50,751 bases of DNA from Fidelibacterota bacterium (GCA_017856055.1 JAFMFP010000002.1:1-50751); one strand, 5' to 3'; shown: positions 28,414 to 38,405, counted from the stretch's first letter. Notes: generated by a model not told the origin, from the letters alone. Made by a program: numbers and translations.

Positions 28414-29460
28414 TTAAGGAATCATCCTTATAAAAATAGGTTGATGATCAGACAATACATCATCAATTTCATTTCCAGTTAAACCGGTTTCTGTCAACAT
28501 ATCAACAACACCACCAGTAGCGCTTTCATAAGAAAACATGGATTCGCTAATGAAAATGTGATCTAAGTGTGCTGGATCATATCGATTTCTCCAACCCTGC
28601 CATGAATATTTTGTAGCCTGCTGTTGAAAAACTGCCTCATCTATTAACTTAAAATATCCATCATTAATTGAGGGATCTGAAAGAGGAGCAATTGCTGGAT
28701 TTGCGATTGACTGGTTCCCAACATTATTAAAGTCACCCGCAATAAACACATTAGCTTGCTGACGATTATTTGCATAATAGTCTTTCAAAAGAGAGCTTGC
28801 TGCATATCTTCTAAAAATTTCTGAACCGGGATTATCTTTTTCATTTTCATATTGATCATTTCCACAACATTTGTAATGGACGCCAATTAAATAAAAATCA
28901 AATGTTTTAGACCCATTTGACCATGTTAAATAATTTTCCATTGGTGGTCGACTCGCGAACTGATAGGTTGCATTGTTTGCATAATCCATATCTCCATCAT
29001 TTGAATTGGGAGTATTAGACCACAATTCATTTTTGCTATTAAAAGTAATTGTACCACAACTTGAACAATCAGAATTAGTAGACTTATATAGAAGACCAAA
29101 ATGCATATTTTGCGTTGTGGATGAAAGTACCAACGAATATTCTGGCAACTCGTTAGCTAACGTAATTAACTGATTTTTATTTTGAATTTCTTGGAAAAAA
29201 TAAACATCGGCATTCCAGTTAGTTAATAAAACTTCTAAATAATCATTGGTTTTAGAACTCTGAGGGAAGGTTTGAATGTTCCATGAAATAATTTCAAGCT
29301 GATTTGGAGCGTCAAAATTTGTTGCGCTTGAAAATGTAATTTCATTTCCCCCTCCGTCCCCAGGGTCCGTAGGGTCAGTTGGAGATCCACCGCTACCAGA
29401 GGAACATGAAAAAACAAATACCGTGAAAAGAAGAATTGAAAAAAAGTTTTTAATTTTCAT
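28414..29460 (-). CDS. Endonuclease/exonuclease/phosphatase (EEP) family lipoprotein
   Basis: The 348-aa ORF has a signal peptide with lipobox VFS-C and a G/S/P/T/D linker. EEP motifs include SWNIQTF, FFQEI, GDFN and the C-terminal SDHQPI. Confidence 0.82.
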   Translation of the reverse strand: MKIKNFFSILLFTVFVFSCSSGSGGSPTDPTDPGDGGGNEITFSSATNFDAPNQLEIISWNIQTFPQSSKTNDYLEVLLTNWNADVYFFQEIQNKNQLITLANELPEYSLVLSSTTQNMHFGLLYKSTNSDCSSCGTITFNSKNELWSNTPNSNDGDMDYANNATYQFASRPPMENYLTWSNGSKTFDFYLIGVHYKCCGNDQYENEKDNPGSEIFRRYAASSLLKDYYANNRQQANVFIAGDFNNVGNQSIANPAIAPLSDPSINDGYFKLIDEAVFQQQATKYSWQGWRNRYDPAHLDHIFISESMFSYESATGGVVDMLTETGLTGNEIDDVLSDHQPIFIRMIP

Positions 29461-30373
29461 AAATGTAATTTAATAATAAAACTCCCACCTGCGCTAAACT
29501 TTGTGGAGAACATTTATCTGGGGTGTCTTCAGTAGTGTGCCAATAATTATAAAATTCGTTAGGATAATCAAAATCAATAATATCAACTGCTGGAATTTTT
29601 GCTATATCATTTAAAGGAATATGATCATCATAGATTTCATATTTTATCATTTTAGAGAATGACTTTAATCCCAATCTTTCTGCTAAGTCCCAAAGCTCTA
29701 AAACAAACTTTTTATTTTTTTGAAATGAATATCTTTCTATTGGTAGATTAAGTCTTTTGTCACCCACCATATCAACAATAATTGCTTTTTCAGGTTTTAT
29801 TTTTAAAGGCATATTTCTTGAAAAATATTTAGAACCTTCAGCAAAAGTCTCAGAGTTTCCTTTGATTCCAACATCTTCAGCGTCGAAAAAAACTAGGTCA
29901 ACCCCAACACTTGAATCATTGGATAAATTGTTAGCAATTTCCATTAATACCGCAACCCCGCTAGCCCCATCATTGGCGCCAACAACAGGTTGTTTTCTTT
30001 TTTCGACATCCGTTTCTTCATCAGCGAAAGATCTAGTGTCCCAATGAGCGCCTAATAAAATTCTATTGGAAATTTCTGGATTTAAGCTAACATAATAGTT
30101 TTTTCCATTCATTTCTTGATTAAGTAATAAATTAAAATATCTAAAATTTTGAGTTTTGACTTCCATATTAAGTTTCTCAAAAAAATCTAGGAGGTAATTT
30201 TCAAATTTTATATGTCCTTCAAGTCCTGGGCTTCGAGGCCCTAAGTCACATTGTTCTAATATATAGGAGTATGCTCTATTCCCATCAAATGAATAGGATA
30301 TTATGGGTTTAATATTGCTTTTTGATGAGCACCCAAATAAAAATAAAATAATTAATAAGTTCAGTTTTTTCAT
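29450..30373 (-). CDS. M28-family metallopeptidase fold lipoprotein, glutaminyl-cyclase-like
   Basis: The 307-aa ORF has lipobox LFG-C and the motifs GAHWDTR, GANDGASGVAVLMEIA, FFDAEDVG and WHTTEDT. Its size and lipoprotein nature match bacterial animal-type glutaminyl cyclases. An aminopeptidase function is not excluded. Confidence 0.7.
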   Translation of the reverse strand: MKKLNLLIILFLFGCSSKSNIKPIISYSFDGNRAYSYILEQCDLGPRSPGLEGHIKFENYLLDFFEKLNMEVKTQNFRYFNLLLNQEMNGKNYYVSLNPEISNRILLGAHWDTRSFADEETDVEKRKQPVVGANDGASGVAVLMEIANNLSNDSSVGVDLVFFDAEDVGIKGNSETFAEGSKYFSRNMPLKIKPEKAIIVDMVGDKRLNLPIERYSFQKNKKFVLELWDLAERLGLKSFSKMIKYEIYDDHIPLNDIAKIPAVDIIDFDYPNEFYNYWHTTEDTPDKCSPQSLAQVGVLLLNYIYEN

Positions 30374-33300
30374 TATTCTCTAATCACAACATTTAAATTA
30401 ATCCCAAAATCTCTATCAACTCTTTTGCCTGTTAATCTAGTTTCATTTTGTCGATACTCATAAAAAAGACTTCCCGAAACATTTTCTGTTATAGCATAAG
30501 TTGCTCTTAGGACAGCCTTGTTCGTTTTATTAAAGTTTTGCTGAGCAAAGTTAATTCTATCTTTAGATCCCTCTTCATTTTTATTGGAAGACTCAAGATT
30601 AAGCGTGAGATTAAAATTATTATTTAAAAACACATTTCTGTCCGTAAATGGTAAGGAAAAACGGATTCCCTTCGAAAAATTATAGGTTATACTTCCTAAA
30701 ATGCTATTGTCTGAAACATATGATAGACCAGTAGGAACCTCATCTAAGGTATAGCTTATATTATTTCGGAGGTTAAATGAAACTCCATTTTTTAATGAAG
30801 CTGTTACTCCGATGAGTGGACTGAAAGAACTAACCTTTTTAGAAATCAATAAATTATTATTATAACTATCAATAATATTTGAAATAGAAAATAGTTTAAA
30901 CTGGTCGGTGTTAGGATCTGAAAATTTCCATGAAGCAAGCTGTTTGCCGGAAAATGAGTGCTCTAAAGAGACGCTAGAAAAATAATTATTCAGTATTTGT
31001 ATTTTTTCTAAACCGCCTATTCTTAAGGACCAGTTTGAAAATGGAAAACCTTTGTTCAGTCTTTTACCAAATGAAAAATAATCTCTTGTGATTGATCGGG
31101 TATCAACACCCGAACCATTTAATATTGAAGATATATTTTCATTAAAGGATAAAGATAAAGATGTCGCATTATTAATTTTAATACCAGACCTAATTGACAA
31201 ACTTTTTTTAATATCATCAACCCCCGTATTAAAACCAACTTCGGGAGCATAAGACATATCCAAGTTATCATTTAAGCCTAGTTTATAAAAAACAGGAATA
31301 GAATTTTGTACGCCATTATCACTTAGGTTAGTATTGGTATTGAATGTAACGGTAATTGGTTGAATTTTCTTAGTAGCCTCATAAATTCTTTCAACAATAA
31401 GGCGATCTTTAATCAAATACTTTTTCCCTTTCTCTGAATCGACCTTATCCGTATCGTCTTCTTGGTTTTCTATCTCCCTTATTCTAGTTCGAGATCTCGA
31501 TGAAGATTTTGACTTTGATGGGGGATCATAAAACTGCTCCATAATAGTAGTTGGAGATAAATTAAAATTAACGGAATTAGATTTTGTCAAAACTAAATTA
31601 GCACCATCCACTACTGATGATAGGGGCTTATTCCATGAATAATTTGCATTGTAATTAAAGGTAGGGGAAATCCATTCAAACCAGTCAGGAGAAAATGACG
31701 AGCTAAATGATTCAGTATTTTGTACAACTGATCCGATGCTAATTTTTTGAAGAACTTCATTGCGATATTCTGACAAATCACTATTCACATTTCTTGTATA
31801 ATTTAATTGAGTGTTATCAAAAACTTTGTAACTCAATCCAAAGGTTCTTGTTAAACCTAAATTAAAATCTTCCAAATTATTCTCTGCTGAACGTGTTTTC
31901 TTATCAGTTAAATTTCTAGAAAATATCATAGAAGAATTAAAATTCGTTGGGGTGTAAAAGAATTTAGTTTCTGAAATTTGATTACCGACTAGAGGTATGC
32001 TTTTTGTCCACCCAAAAATTTTAAGATAATTGTCACTTGGAAATTGCAGGTTGTATTTAATATCTCCATTAATTTTGTGAATATTGACATGTTCCATAAT
32101 TTCATCAGATCGTTTCTGACTCGATAAATTGATTGAACTACTCATGTTATCAATCGTATAACGCATTATCGGATTTTGAGACTTCACCCTCTTGGATATT
32201 GCAGATGAAACTCTAATAGTTGACGTTTTTTTCATAATAGAATCTGGAACAGAACTTTGATTTGTACGAACATCAGAGCCGGGAAAATATTTTGGTGTAT
32301 TATTTTGCATTGAGTAAGAAGTTGAAAGTGGCATTGAAATACCCCATTCTTTCGGGAAAAATCCTCCTAGCTGAAAATTATTAGATACTAGCAAGCTTTC
32401 GTTTGAATTATTGGATCCAAGTCTTTCCTGCAGCACGCGGAAATCAGCATCTTTTTTGGTATAGCTAAAATTAGATTCGCTAAAATCAGATAAGTTAAAT
32501 TGGCTACGAACTCTCATGGCATTACCTTTATCTTTTTTGACTCCGCTTAGTCGAAGTTCATCTAGCCAAATTTCTCCAGAAATCGGATTGTTTGAATTAT
32601 TCTCTACTCCAACAACGAAGTATTGAATTCTCGATAAAGAAGGTTGGCCAAATACTTCAATTTTTTGCAATAGTTCATTATTTAAATCAAATAATTCATA
32701 TCTTTTATAATTAAGAGAATCAGTAAAGGTATCATTCGGATTAATTAATTGAATGCTTTCTGGTTCTGAATTCTTCAATTGCGTTATCCAGTCTAAATCG
32801 ATTTTCAAATCGTTTCTACCAAGATCTTCATCCCAACCTCGGTAGATTTTTTTGGTCACTTTATAATATTCATCTCCGGCCCCGAACTCAATGAAAAAAT
32901 CCAAATCAGATTCATCAATATTTGAAAATTCACTATTTCCATAAATGAACATCTTCATTAAATCGTACATCAAATAACTTTGTCCTCTTTTGGGATCAAG
33001 GGTTATTATTTTTTTTGCTGCGCCTTTATAGTTTGGATACAGGTTATCGAACTTTAAAACTAAGGATTGTTCTTTAGATAAAATTTGATTTATCTCATCA
33101 TACTCCCCAAAAACTCCTTTGGGTGGAATATAATCGGGGTTATCTTCATCATTAATGACTGTAACAATAAAAGTACTATCTTGAAGGGTATAATTGTTAT
33201 AATCAACTAACGAAATTCCCACTTCCTCCCAAGAATTTCCTACCAATTCAACTTTTGCAATTTCTAGCTTAGAAGCTTCGGTGATTCCACTTAAAGCTAA

Positions 33301-36300
33301 TCGCAAATATTTAATTTCACTTAATGAAACATCATTGATATGATCAAAATGACTAATTGGAATTCGTATTAACTTCCAACCAGTTTTTTGTCCCTGGAAT
33401 TCAGTTTGCCCAGCTACATAAGTAGAGTCTGATAGCGAAATCGTTTTAGAATAAAATGAATTAGTTCTGTCTAAGAAACCTGAATTATCCAAATCTTCAG
33501 AATCTGGATATTTACCCCCAGCTTGGATTCTAACTCCTGTTCCATTCCCTTCTGTTCCATTCACCATTGAATAATCATTACTTCCTTCAATATAATCCCA
33601 ATTATCGCCATTGGGGTCTGAGGAGTTTATATCAGAATATGCATTAATTAGTACTGTTTCGCCGCTAGCAAAATATTCTAAATAGGTTGGTCCTTCTGGA
33701 TCTAAACATTGACCCCAGCCGTTTTCATAGTCATCAAAACACCCATCTAATCCAGTATCTTCATTTTCCTCAAGAAAACCATTACCTGAAGCAAGACCAG
33801 CTTCGGGGACATCTTCATCGTTCAATTTTGAATTTCCGTCATAATCTTCGCTTATTTTTCCCAAGTCTATAGTTAAGTTACCAGACTCTCCTCTCAACCA
33901 AATTTCAAAAAATTTTGTTTTAGTTTGATCGTAATCTCCAACAAACATCGGGGAAATTATTCCTGCCCATAGTGAATCACTTTCTGTTGATTGTTGAGAT
34001 AATTTTGGTTCGACATTCAGCACCAATACATCAGTAGTTAAATTTTGAGCTCTTTGTGAAGTTGAAACATTGGGCCAAATACTGTTGGTAAGAACTTGCG
34101 CATAAGGATTATACCAGAACATTCTCATTCGATTTTCTTGCTTGAATTCTGTCATTGTATCTGAATTGATTGGGGCAGAGGAGATATGCCAGAATCTCCT
34201 TAAGATGGAGGGATTTGTAACTCTTTTAGATCCCTCAAAATCATCAATATATGCTACTCCATTATTATCTCCAGTACCTGGACTTGAAATTGAATTAGGA
34301 TTCGGAAGAACTTGAGCGAATTCTCCTTCTAAAGTAAATCCAGATAATTTATCTGAATTAACAAAGGACAAATTGTTAATACTTCTAGACAATTTTTCAA
34401 AATCCTGCTGATATCTTCCGTTGATATCCCATATAAAATTATTTATTGGCTCATAACCAACTTCGACTTTTTTGTTCACAATATCTTGATTGTAATAAAG
34501 GGCAGTCATTCCTACAAATGAATCATCATTGATATCAAGTTGTGCTCTAGAGCCAATCATCATTTTTCGATCAAAAGTCACAAGCTCATGTTTATCATAA
34601 GAAATATCGAGCTCTCCTTCGGGGTCGATATTTTTAAGAATCATAATCATTCCAGAAAAATAATCAACTTGATAGTCACGCCCTTTTTGCAATTTTTCTC
34701 CATTATAATAAAGCTCTTCACTTCCTTCCACCAGAGTAAATCCTAAGTTAATAACGGACTTAGGTGAGGTATATTCAATATTAAAGGTAAATCGTGAGTC
34801 GCCCGTAAAATCGGATCGATTTGTAGAGGTATACATTTCTCCCTCTCTTAACAGGTTTCTTAATTCTTCGCTCGAGTTCCCACCCGGAAGTTTTTCATCT
34901 GATACAAAAGGTAACAAAAAAGGTAAATGAATTTCTCCAGTTTGTAAGTTGATAATATTTGGATTGTTATAGTCAATATTTTCATCGGGCACTATTTCCC
35001 CTGCTGAGTTATAATTATCTAAACCAAAAAGGTGGAGGTAGGTTTTCCCAGCTTCCGTTCTATCGCTTACTGGCGTAATCAAATTATCTACGACGCTCAC
35101 TCTAAGATTAGTAGGATCTATATTAAAAGATCCTAAAGAGTAAACATTTTTAAACATCAAATCCCAGGTTGGATGGTTAGGATGAGAAGATTGGGCTTTA
35201 ATCATTTTTAAAACTAAAGAGGAATTGGATTCACTTATTCCTGATCCAATTTGAACAATCAATTGTCCAGATTCTCTATCAACTATTTCAAAATGTGCAG
35301 CGATAATTTCGTTTTGTAGAGAAGACTGCATTCTAACAAATCCCAAATCTTCATTAACAGAATAATCAATCCCTCTTTCTAGTTTGATAAATGAACCTTC
35401 TTTATTATCGTTTGTAAAGGATGATAAATCAAGGGGGTCAATATAAGCAGTTCCAGGATCTGCTTGGGGATTATTTGAAGTATCTATTTTATAAAGTTCA
35501 AGATTCCTAATGACAACATTACCAATAGAGTGCAAACCAGAAACCAGCGGATAGTAAGAGGGTATGGATACACCAAATCCATTCTCACTTTGAAATTCTA
35601 CTCCATTTCTAAACCATTCGTGCAAAAAGAAGTATAAATTCTTTCGATAATCATAATCAGAAATTTGGGTGATTTTGAGCTCAGAAGATCCCTTATACTG
35701 CTGGGATTCTTTTTGAGTTTTTTCTAATGAAGCGATGCTTGTAATATCAACCGGACCTAGTCGAGTTAAAGCTTTTATACCAAAAAGACCTCTATTTTGA
35801 CCGGAAAATGTTACAAATTCTGTTCCGGGAAGAGAAAGCGAAATATTTCCTGCTTCAAGTTTTTGCAGGATATCATCCTCGTCGCCTTGATAATCAACTC
35901 GAATGGTATTTTCCCAGTCAAAATCTCTCTCGGAATTTTGATCTAAAGAAATGGTAATTCTTTCTCCAACCTTTCCCTGAACATTCAGTTGCTGCTTCTG
36001 ATCAAACTTAAAATTTTTGGTTTGTTGCTCTCGATATGAAGATCTAACCAATTCTTGATCTTGATTAACGAGCTTACCTGAAATATTAATATTTCCTTGA
36101 ACTCTAAGTGAAGCTCTACCGAGTCCACCCAAATCCAATCCTGCTATTTCTACAAAACTATCTTTGCTTTTTACATAGGTAGTATCGGAACTTGATAAAG
36201 CAAAAGATTGAAAAAGAGCTTTCTCTCTATTGAATTTTATCAAAGAACTGAGATAATCATCTGTGGAGAAATAGGTAGTATATTGAGGTTCGATAAAACT

Positions 36301-36525
36301 ATTTTTTTTAATAGAAATTATTTTTTGAGAAAAATCAAATTGAAAGCTTGAGTCGTTCTTTTTATTACTCAGTTTAAATAGACCTATGGGGTAATTGGAT
36401 ATATCATTCAAACAAAAATTTGGACCTGAAGAATCTTCAAAAACGTAAAAACTTCTTGAATAGTTAATATCTGCAAAAATAATTGATGGAAGTAAAAGGA
36501 TTGATAAATAAAGCTTTTTCAGCAT
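30373..36525 (-). CDS. sprA: SprA/Sov-like giant outer-membrane beta-barrel protein (type IX secretion translocon homologue)
   Basis: The 2050-aa ORF has a signal peptide (…SIIFA-DIN), is beta-strand-rich throughout, and has an aromatic/alternating pattern at the C-terminus. From memory, LFGIKA...SIASLEKTQKESQ, YIDDFEGS and the NEDTGLDG acidic cluster resemble SprA conserved blocks. Confidence 0.72.
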   Translation of the reverse strand: MLKKLYLSILLLPSIIFADINYSRSFYVFEDSSGPNFCLNDISNYPIGLFKLSNKKNDSSFQFDFSQKIISIKKNSFIEPQYTTYFSTDDYLSSLIKFNREKALFQSFALSSSDTTYVKSKDSFVEIAGLDLGGLGRASLRVQGNINISGKLVNQDQELVRSSYREQQTKNFKFDQKQQLNVQGKVGERITISLDQNSERDFDWENTIRVDYQGDEDDILQKLEAGNISLSLPGTEFVTFSGQNRGLFGIKALTRLGPVDITSIASLEKTQKESQQYKGSSELKITQISDYDYRKNLYFFLHEWFRNGVEFQSENGFGVSIPSYYPLVSGLHSIGNVVIRNLELYKIDTSNNPQADPGTAYIDPLDLSSFTNDNKEGSFIKLERGIDYSVNEDLGFVRMQSSLQNEIIAAHFEIVDRESGQLIVQIGSGISESNSSLVLKMIKAQSSHPNHPTWDLMFKNVYSLGSFNIDPTNLRVSVVDNLITPVSDRTEAGKTYLHLFGLDNYNSAGEIVPDENIDYNNPNIINLQTGEIHLPFLLPFVSDEKLPGGNSSEELRNLLREGEMYTSTNRSDFTGDSRFTFNIEYTSPKSVINLGFTLVEGSEELYYNGEKLQKGRDYQVDYFSGMIMILKNIDPEGELDISYDKHELVTFDRKMMIGSRAQLDINDDSFVGMTALYYNQDIVNKKVEVGYEPINNFIWDINGRYQQDFEKLSRSINNLSFVNSDKLSGFTLEGEFAQVLPNPNSISSPGTGDNNGVAYIDDFEGSKRVTNPSILRRFWHISSAPINSDTMTEFKQENRMRMFWYNPYAQVLTNSIWPNVSTSQRAQNLTTDVLVLNVEPKLSQQSTESDSLWAGIISPMFVGDYDQTKTKFFEIWLRGESGNLTIDLGKISEDYDGNSKLNDEDVPEAGLASGNGFLEENEDTGLDGCFDDYENGWGQCLDPEGPTYLEYFASGETVLINAYSDINSSDPNGDNWDYIEGSNDYSMVNGTEGNGTGVRIQAGGKYPDSEDLDNSGFLDRTNSFYSKTISLSDSTYVAGQTEFQGQKTGWKLIRIPISHFDHINDVSLSEIKYLRLALSGITEASKLEIAKVELVGNSWEEVGISLVDYNNYTLQDSTFIVTVINDEDNPDYIPPKGVFGEYDEINQILSKEQSLVLKFDNLYPNYKGAAKKIITLDPKRGQSYLMYDLMKMFIYGNSEFSNIDESDLDFFIEFGAGDEYYKVTKKIYRGWDEDLGRNDLKIDLDWITQLKNSEPESIQLINPNDTFTDSLNYKRYELFDLNNELLQKIEVFGQPSLSRIQYFVVGVENNSNNPISGEIWLDELRLSGVKKDKGNAMRVRSQFNLSDFSESNFSYTKKDADFRVLQERLGSNNSNESLLVSNNFQLGGFFPKEWGISMPLSTSYSMQNNTPKYFPGSDVRTNQSSVPDSIMKKTSTIRVSSAISKRVKSQNPIMRYTIDNMSSSINLSSQKRSDEIMEHVNIHKINGDIKYNLQFPSDNYLKIFGWTKSIPLVGNQISETKFFYTPTNFNSSMIFSRNLTDKKTRSAENNLEDFNLGLTRTFGLSYKVFDNTQLNYTRNVNSDLSEYRNEVLQKISIGSVVQNTESFSSSFSPDWFEWISPTFNYNANYSWNKPLSSVVDGANLVLTKSNSVNFNLSPTTIMEQFYDPPSKSKSSSRSRTRIREIENQEDDTDKVDSEKGKKYLIKDRLIVERIYEATKKIQPITVTFNTNTNLSDNGVQNSIPVFYKLGLNDNLDMSYAPEVGFNTGVDDIKKSLSIRSGIKINNATSLSLSFNENISSILNGSGVDTRSITRDYFSFGKRLNKGFPFSNWSLRIGGLEKIQILNNYFSSVSLEHSFSGKQLASWKFSDPNTDQFKLFSISNIIDSYNNNLLISKKVSSFSPLIGVTASLKNGVSFNLRNNISYTLDEVPTGLSYVSDNSILGSITYNFSKGIRFSLPFTDRNVFLNNNFNLTLNLESSNKNEEGSKDRINFAQQNFNKTNKAVLRATYAITENVSGSLFYEYRQNETRLTGKRVDRDFGINLNVVIRE

Positions 36526-36526
36526 T

Positions 36527-37111
36527 TTAAAATATTTTCTGTATTTCTTTTAAAAACTTTTCCATCGCTAAAGCTCTATGGCTAGTTATAGATTTTTCTT
36601 CAATTGACATTTCTGCTAGAGTCTTTCCAATAGTAGGTATATAAAAAATTGAATCATAGCCAAATCCATTAGCTCCTTTGGGAGAATGTAAAATTTCTCC
36701 TCTCAAAATACCTTCTACAAAAAAATCATTTTGTCCATCAACAAATGATATAACTGTTTTAAAAATCGCGGATCTGTTACTTGCAGATTTCATGTTTTGT
36801 AAAAGCTTTTGAAGGTTGTCATCATCAGTTGCATTTTCACCAGCATACCTTGCAGAGAAAACTCCTGGTTCCCCATGGAGAAAATCAACCTCTAATCCCG
36901 TATCGTCACCCAGTGACGCTATTCCTGAATGTTGAAAAAGAGCTGATGACTTTAAATACGAATTTTCTTGAAGAGTGTTCCCGTCTTCAACAATTTCTTT
37001 AATTTCTGGAAAATCTTTTAAAGAAAGAATTGATTCAAAAAAGGGGTTAATTTGAAGAGCTATCTCTTTAATTTTATGCGAATTTGAGGAAGCAATAATA
37101 ATTTTTTTCAC
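36527..37111 (-). CDS. rdgB: Non-canonical purine NTP pyrophosphatase RdgB/HAM1
   Basis: The 194-aa ORF starts at GTG. It has IIIASSNSHKIKE, GDDTGLEVDFLHGEPGVFSARY and GFGYDSIF motifs. Confidence 0.92.
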   Translation of the reverse strand: MKKIIIASSNSHKIKEIALQINPFFESILSLKDFPEIKEIVEDGNTLQENSYLKSSALFQHSGIASLGDDTGLEVDFLHGEPGVFSARYAGENATDDDNLQKLLQNMKSASNRSAIFKTVISFVDGQNDFFVEGILRGEILHSPKGANGFGYDSIFYIPTIGKTLAEMSIEEKSITSHRALAMEKFLKEIQKIF

Positions 37112-37157
37112 ATCAATAGTTTAAAATTATTTTTAAATAAACTTAACTCAAATATTT

Positions 37158-37175
37158 TGATTGAATATTCAATCA
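37158..37175. promoter_or_regulatory. Perfect 18-bp palindrome TGATTGAAT|ATTCAATCA (candidate operator)
   Basis: Checked base by base and fully self-complementary. It lies 47-64 bp upstream of the rdgB GTG in the only sizeable intergenic gap of this region, between rdgB and tRNA-Phe. Confidence 0.4.
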
Positions 37176-37250
37176 TATAAATAATGATTTTTGAAATTAA
37201 ATGATTAAATTTTTGTCCTAAATTGTTTTAGAATTATTTATTAAAAAATC

Positions 37251-37323
<73 letters not shown>

Positions 37324-37342
37324 CGACTCGAGTATCCTAAGA

Positions 37343-37873
37343 ATGAATTCAATACTGTATATAATAATATCACTTGTAATACTTTTTCTACTTTCATTTT
37401 TACAAGAAAAGAAAGTTTTTAAGTTTAGGGCTGAGCAAGAAATAAGTAGTGACCTAGATTCTGTTTTTGATTTTTTTTCCAAACCGGAAAACCTTTCAAA
37501 AATCACTCCGCCCAAAATGGGTTTTCATATTTTGACTCCAACGCCCATAGAGATGAAAGCCGGCGCAATTATTGACTATACAGTTAAAATATTTGGTGTT
37601 CCACAAAGATGGAGGACAATGATAACTTCTTACGAGTGGAAAAAAATGTTTGTTGATGAACAAATGAAGGGGCCTTATAGCTTGTGGCACCATAAACACA
37701 TTTTTATAAAAACTTCTAATGGGGTAAAAATTATTGATGAGGTTACCTATGTTTTACCTCTTCAGTTTATGCAATCATTAGTTAACAAATTGATTATAGC
37801 TCCTCAAATTGAGGAAATTTTCTCATATAGAAAAAAAATAATTGATACTAAGTTTAACAATGAAACTAAATAA
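37343..37873 (+). CDS. SRPBCC (START/Bet v1-like) ligand-binding family protein with an N-terminal TM helix
   Basis: The motifs FDFFSKPENLSKITPP, PQRWRTMITSYEW..FVDEQMKGPYSLWHHKHIF and IFSYRKKII are typical of the COG4276-type SRPBCC family. I moved the start to the ATG at 37343 because the track start at 37292 overlaps tRNA-Phe. Confidence 0.8.
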   Translation: MNSILYIIISLVILFLLSFLQEKKVFKFRAEQEISSDLDSVFDFFSKPENLSKITPPKMGFHILTPTPIEMKAGAIIDYTVKIFGVPQRWRTMITSYEWKKMFVDEQMKGPYSLWHHKHIFIKTSNGVKIIDEVTYVLPLQFMQSLVNKLIIAPQIEEIFSYRKKIIDTKFNNETK

Positions 37874-38405
37874 CATAATAAATCGGCTAAAAATTTTATT
37901 TAATTATTTTGGTTTCACAATAGTTTGGTTTTGTTGTGCTTTTTCTGCTAAAAGTGAAAATTTTCTTTTAGCAATTATTCCCACCACAATTTATCTTGTA
38001 TTTCATCTTCAGTTTATATCAAAGAAAAAAATGGTAGAGTTAAAATTAATTTTTCTTTCTTTATTACTTGGAATTATTGTTGATAGCACGCTTAGTTGGT
38101 TTGGTATAGTTCAGTATGCTGGTTCTTGGGAAAATATTCGTCACCTGTCACCAATATGGATTTTATGCATGTGGGTAGGATTTGCCTCTCAGATTTTTCA
38201 CTCTTTAAAATTTTTAAGGGGAAGATTTTTACTCATTGGATTTTATGGAATTCTAGCTCCACTCGCATATATTGGTGGAGAAAAAATCCAAGCAGTGCAA
38301 GTAAGCTCTAGTTCAGTTGAGATAGTAATTATGAGCACTTTATGGGCGACAAGTTTAGTGATTTTATTTAGGTTTGCTGAATTTTTAAACAATAGATCAT
38401 CATGA
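37860..38405 (+). CDS. DUF2878-like integral membrane protein
   Basis: The roughly 181-aa protein has 4-5 TM helices. GFTIVWFCCAF, SPIWILCMWVGFASQIFHSL and GILAPLAYIGGEKIQAV resemble DUF2878 blocks from memory. I prefer the ATG at 37860 to the TTG at 37842. Confidence 0.6.
   Translation: MKLNNIINRLKILFNYFGFTIVWFCCAFSAKSENFLLAIIPTTIYLVFHLQFISKKKMVELKLIFLSLLLGIIVDSTLSWFGIVQYAGSWENIRHLSPIWILCMWVGFASQIFHSLKFLRGRFLLIGFYGILAPLAYIGGEKIQAVQVSSSSVEIVIMSTLWATSLVILFRFAEFLNNRSS

Noticed and set aside
28416-28429. AAGGA-ATCA-TCCTT hairpin between the convergent mdh and EEP genes, considered as a possible bidirectional terminator.
   Set aside because: The stem is only 5 bp, it overlaps the last codons of the EEP gene, and it has no T-runs.
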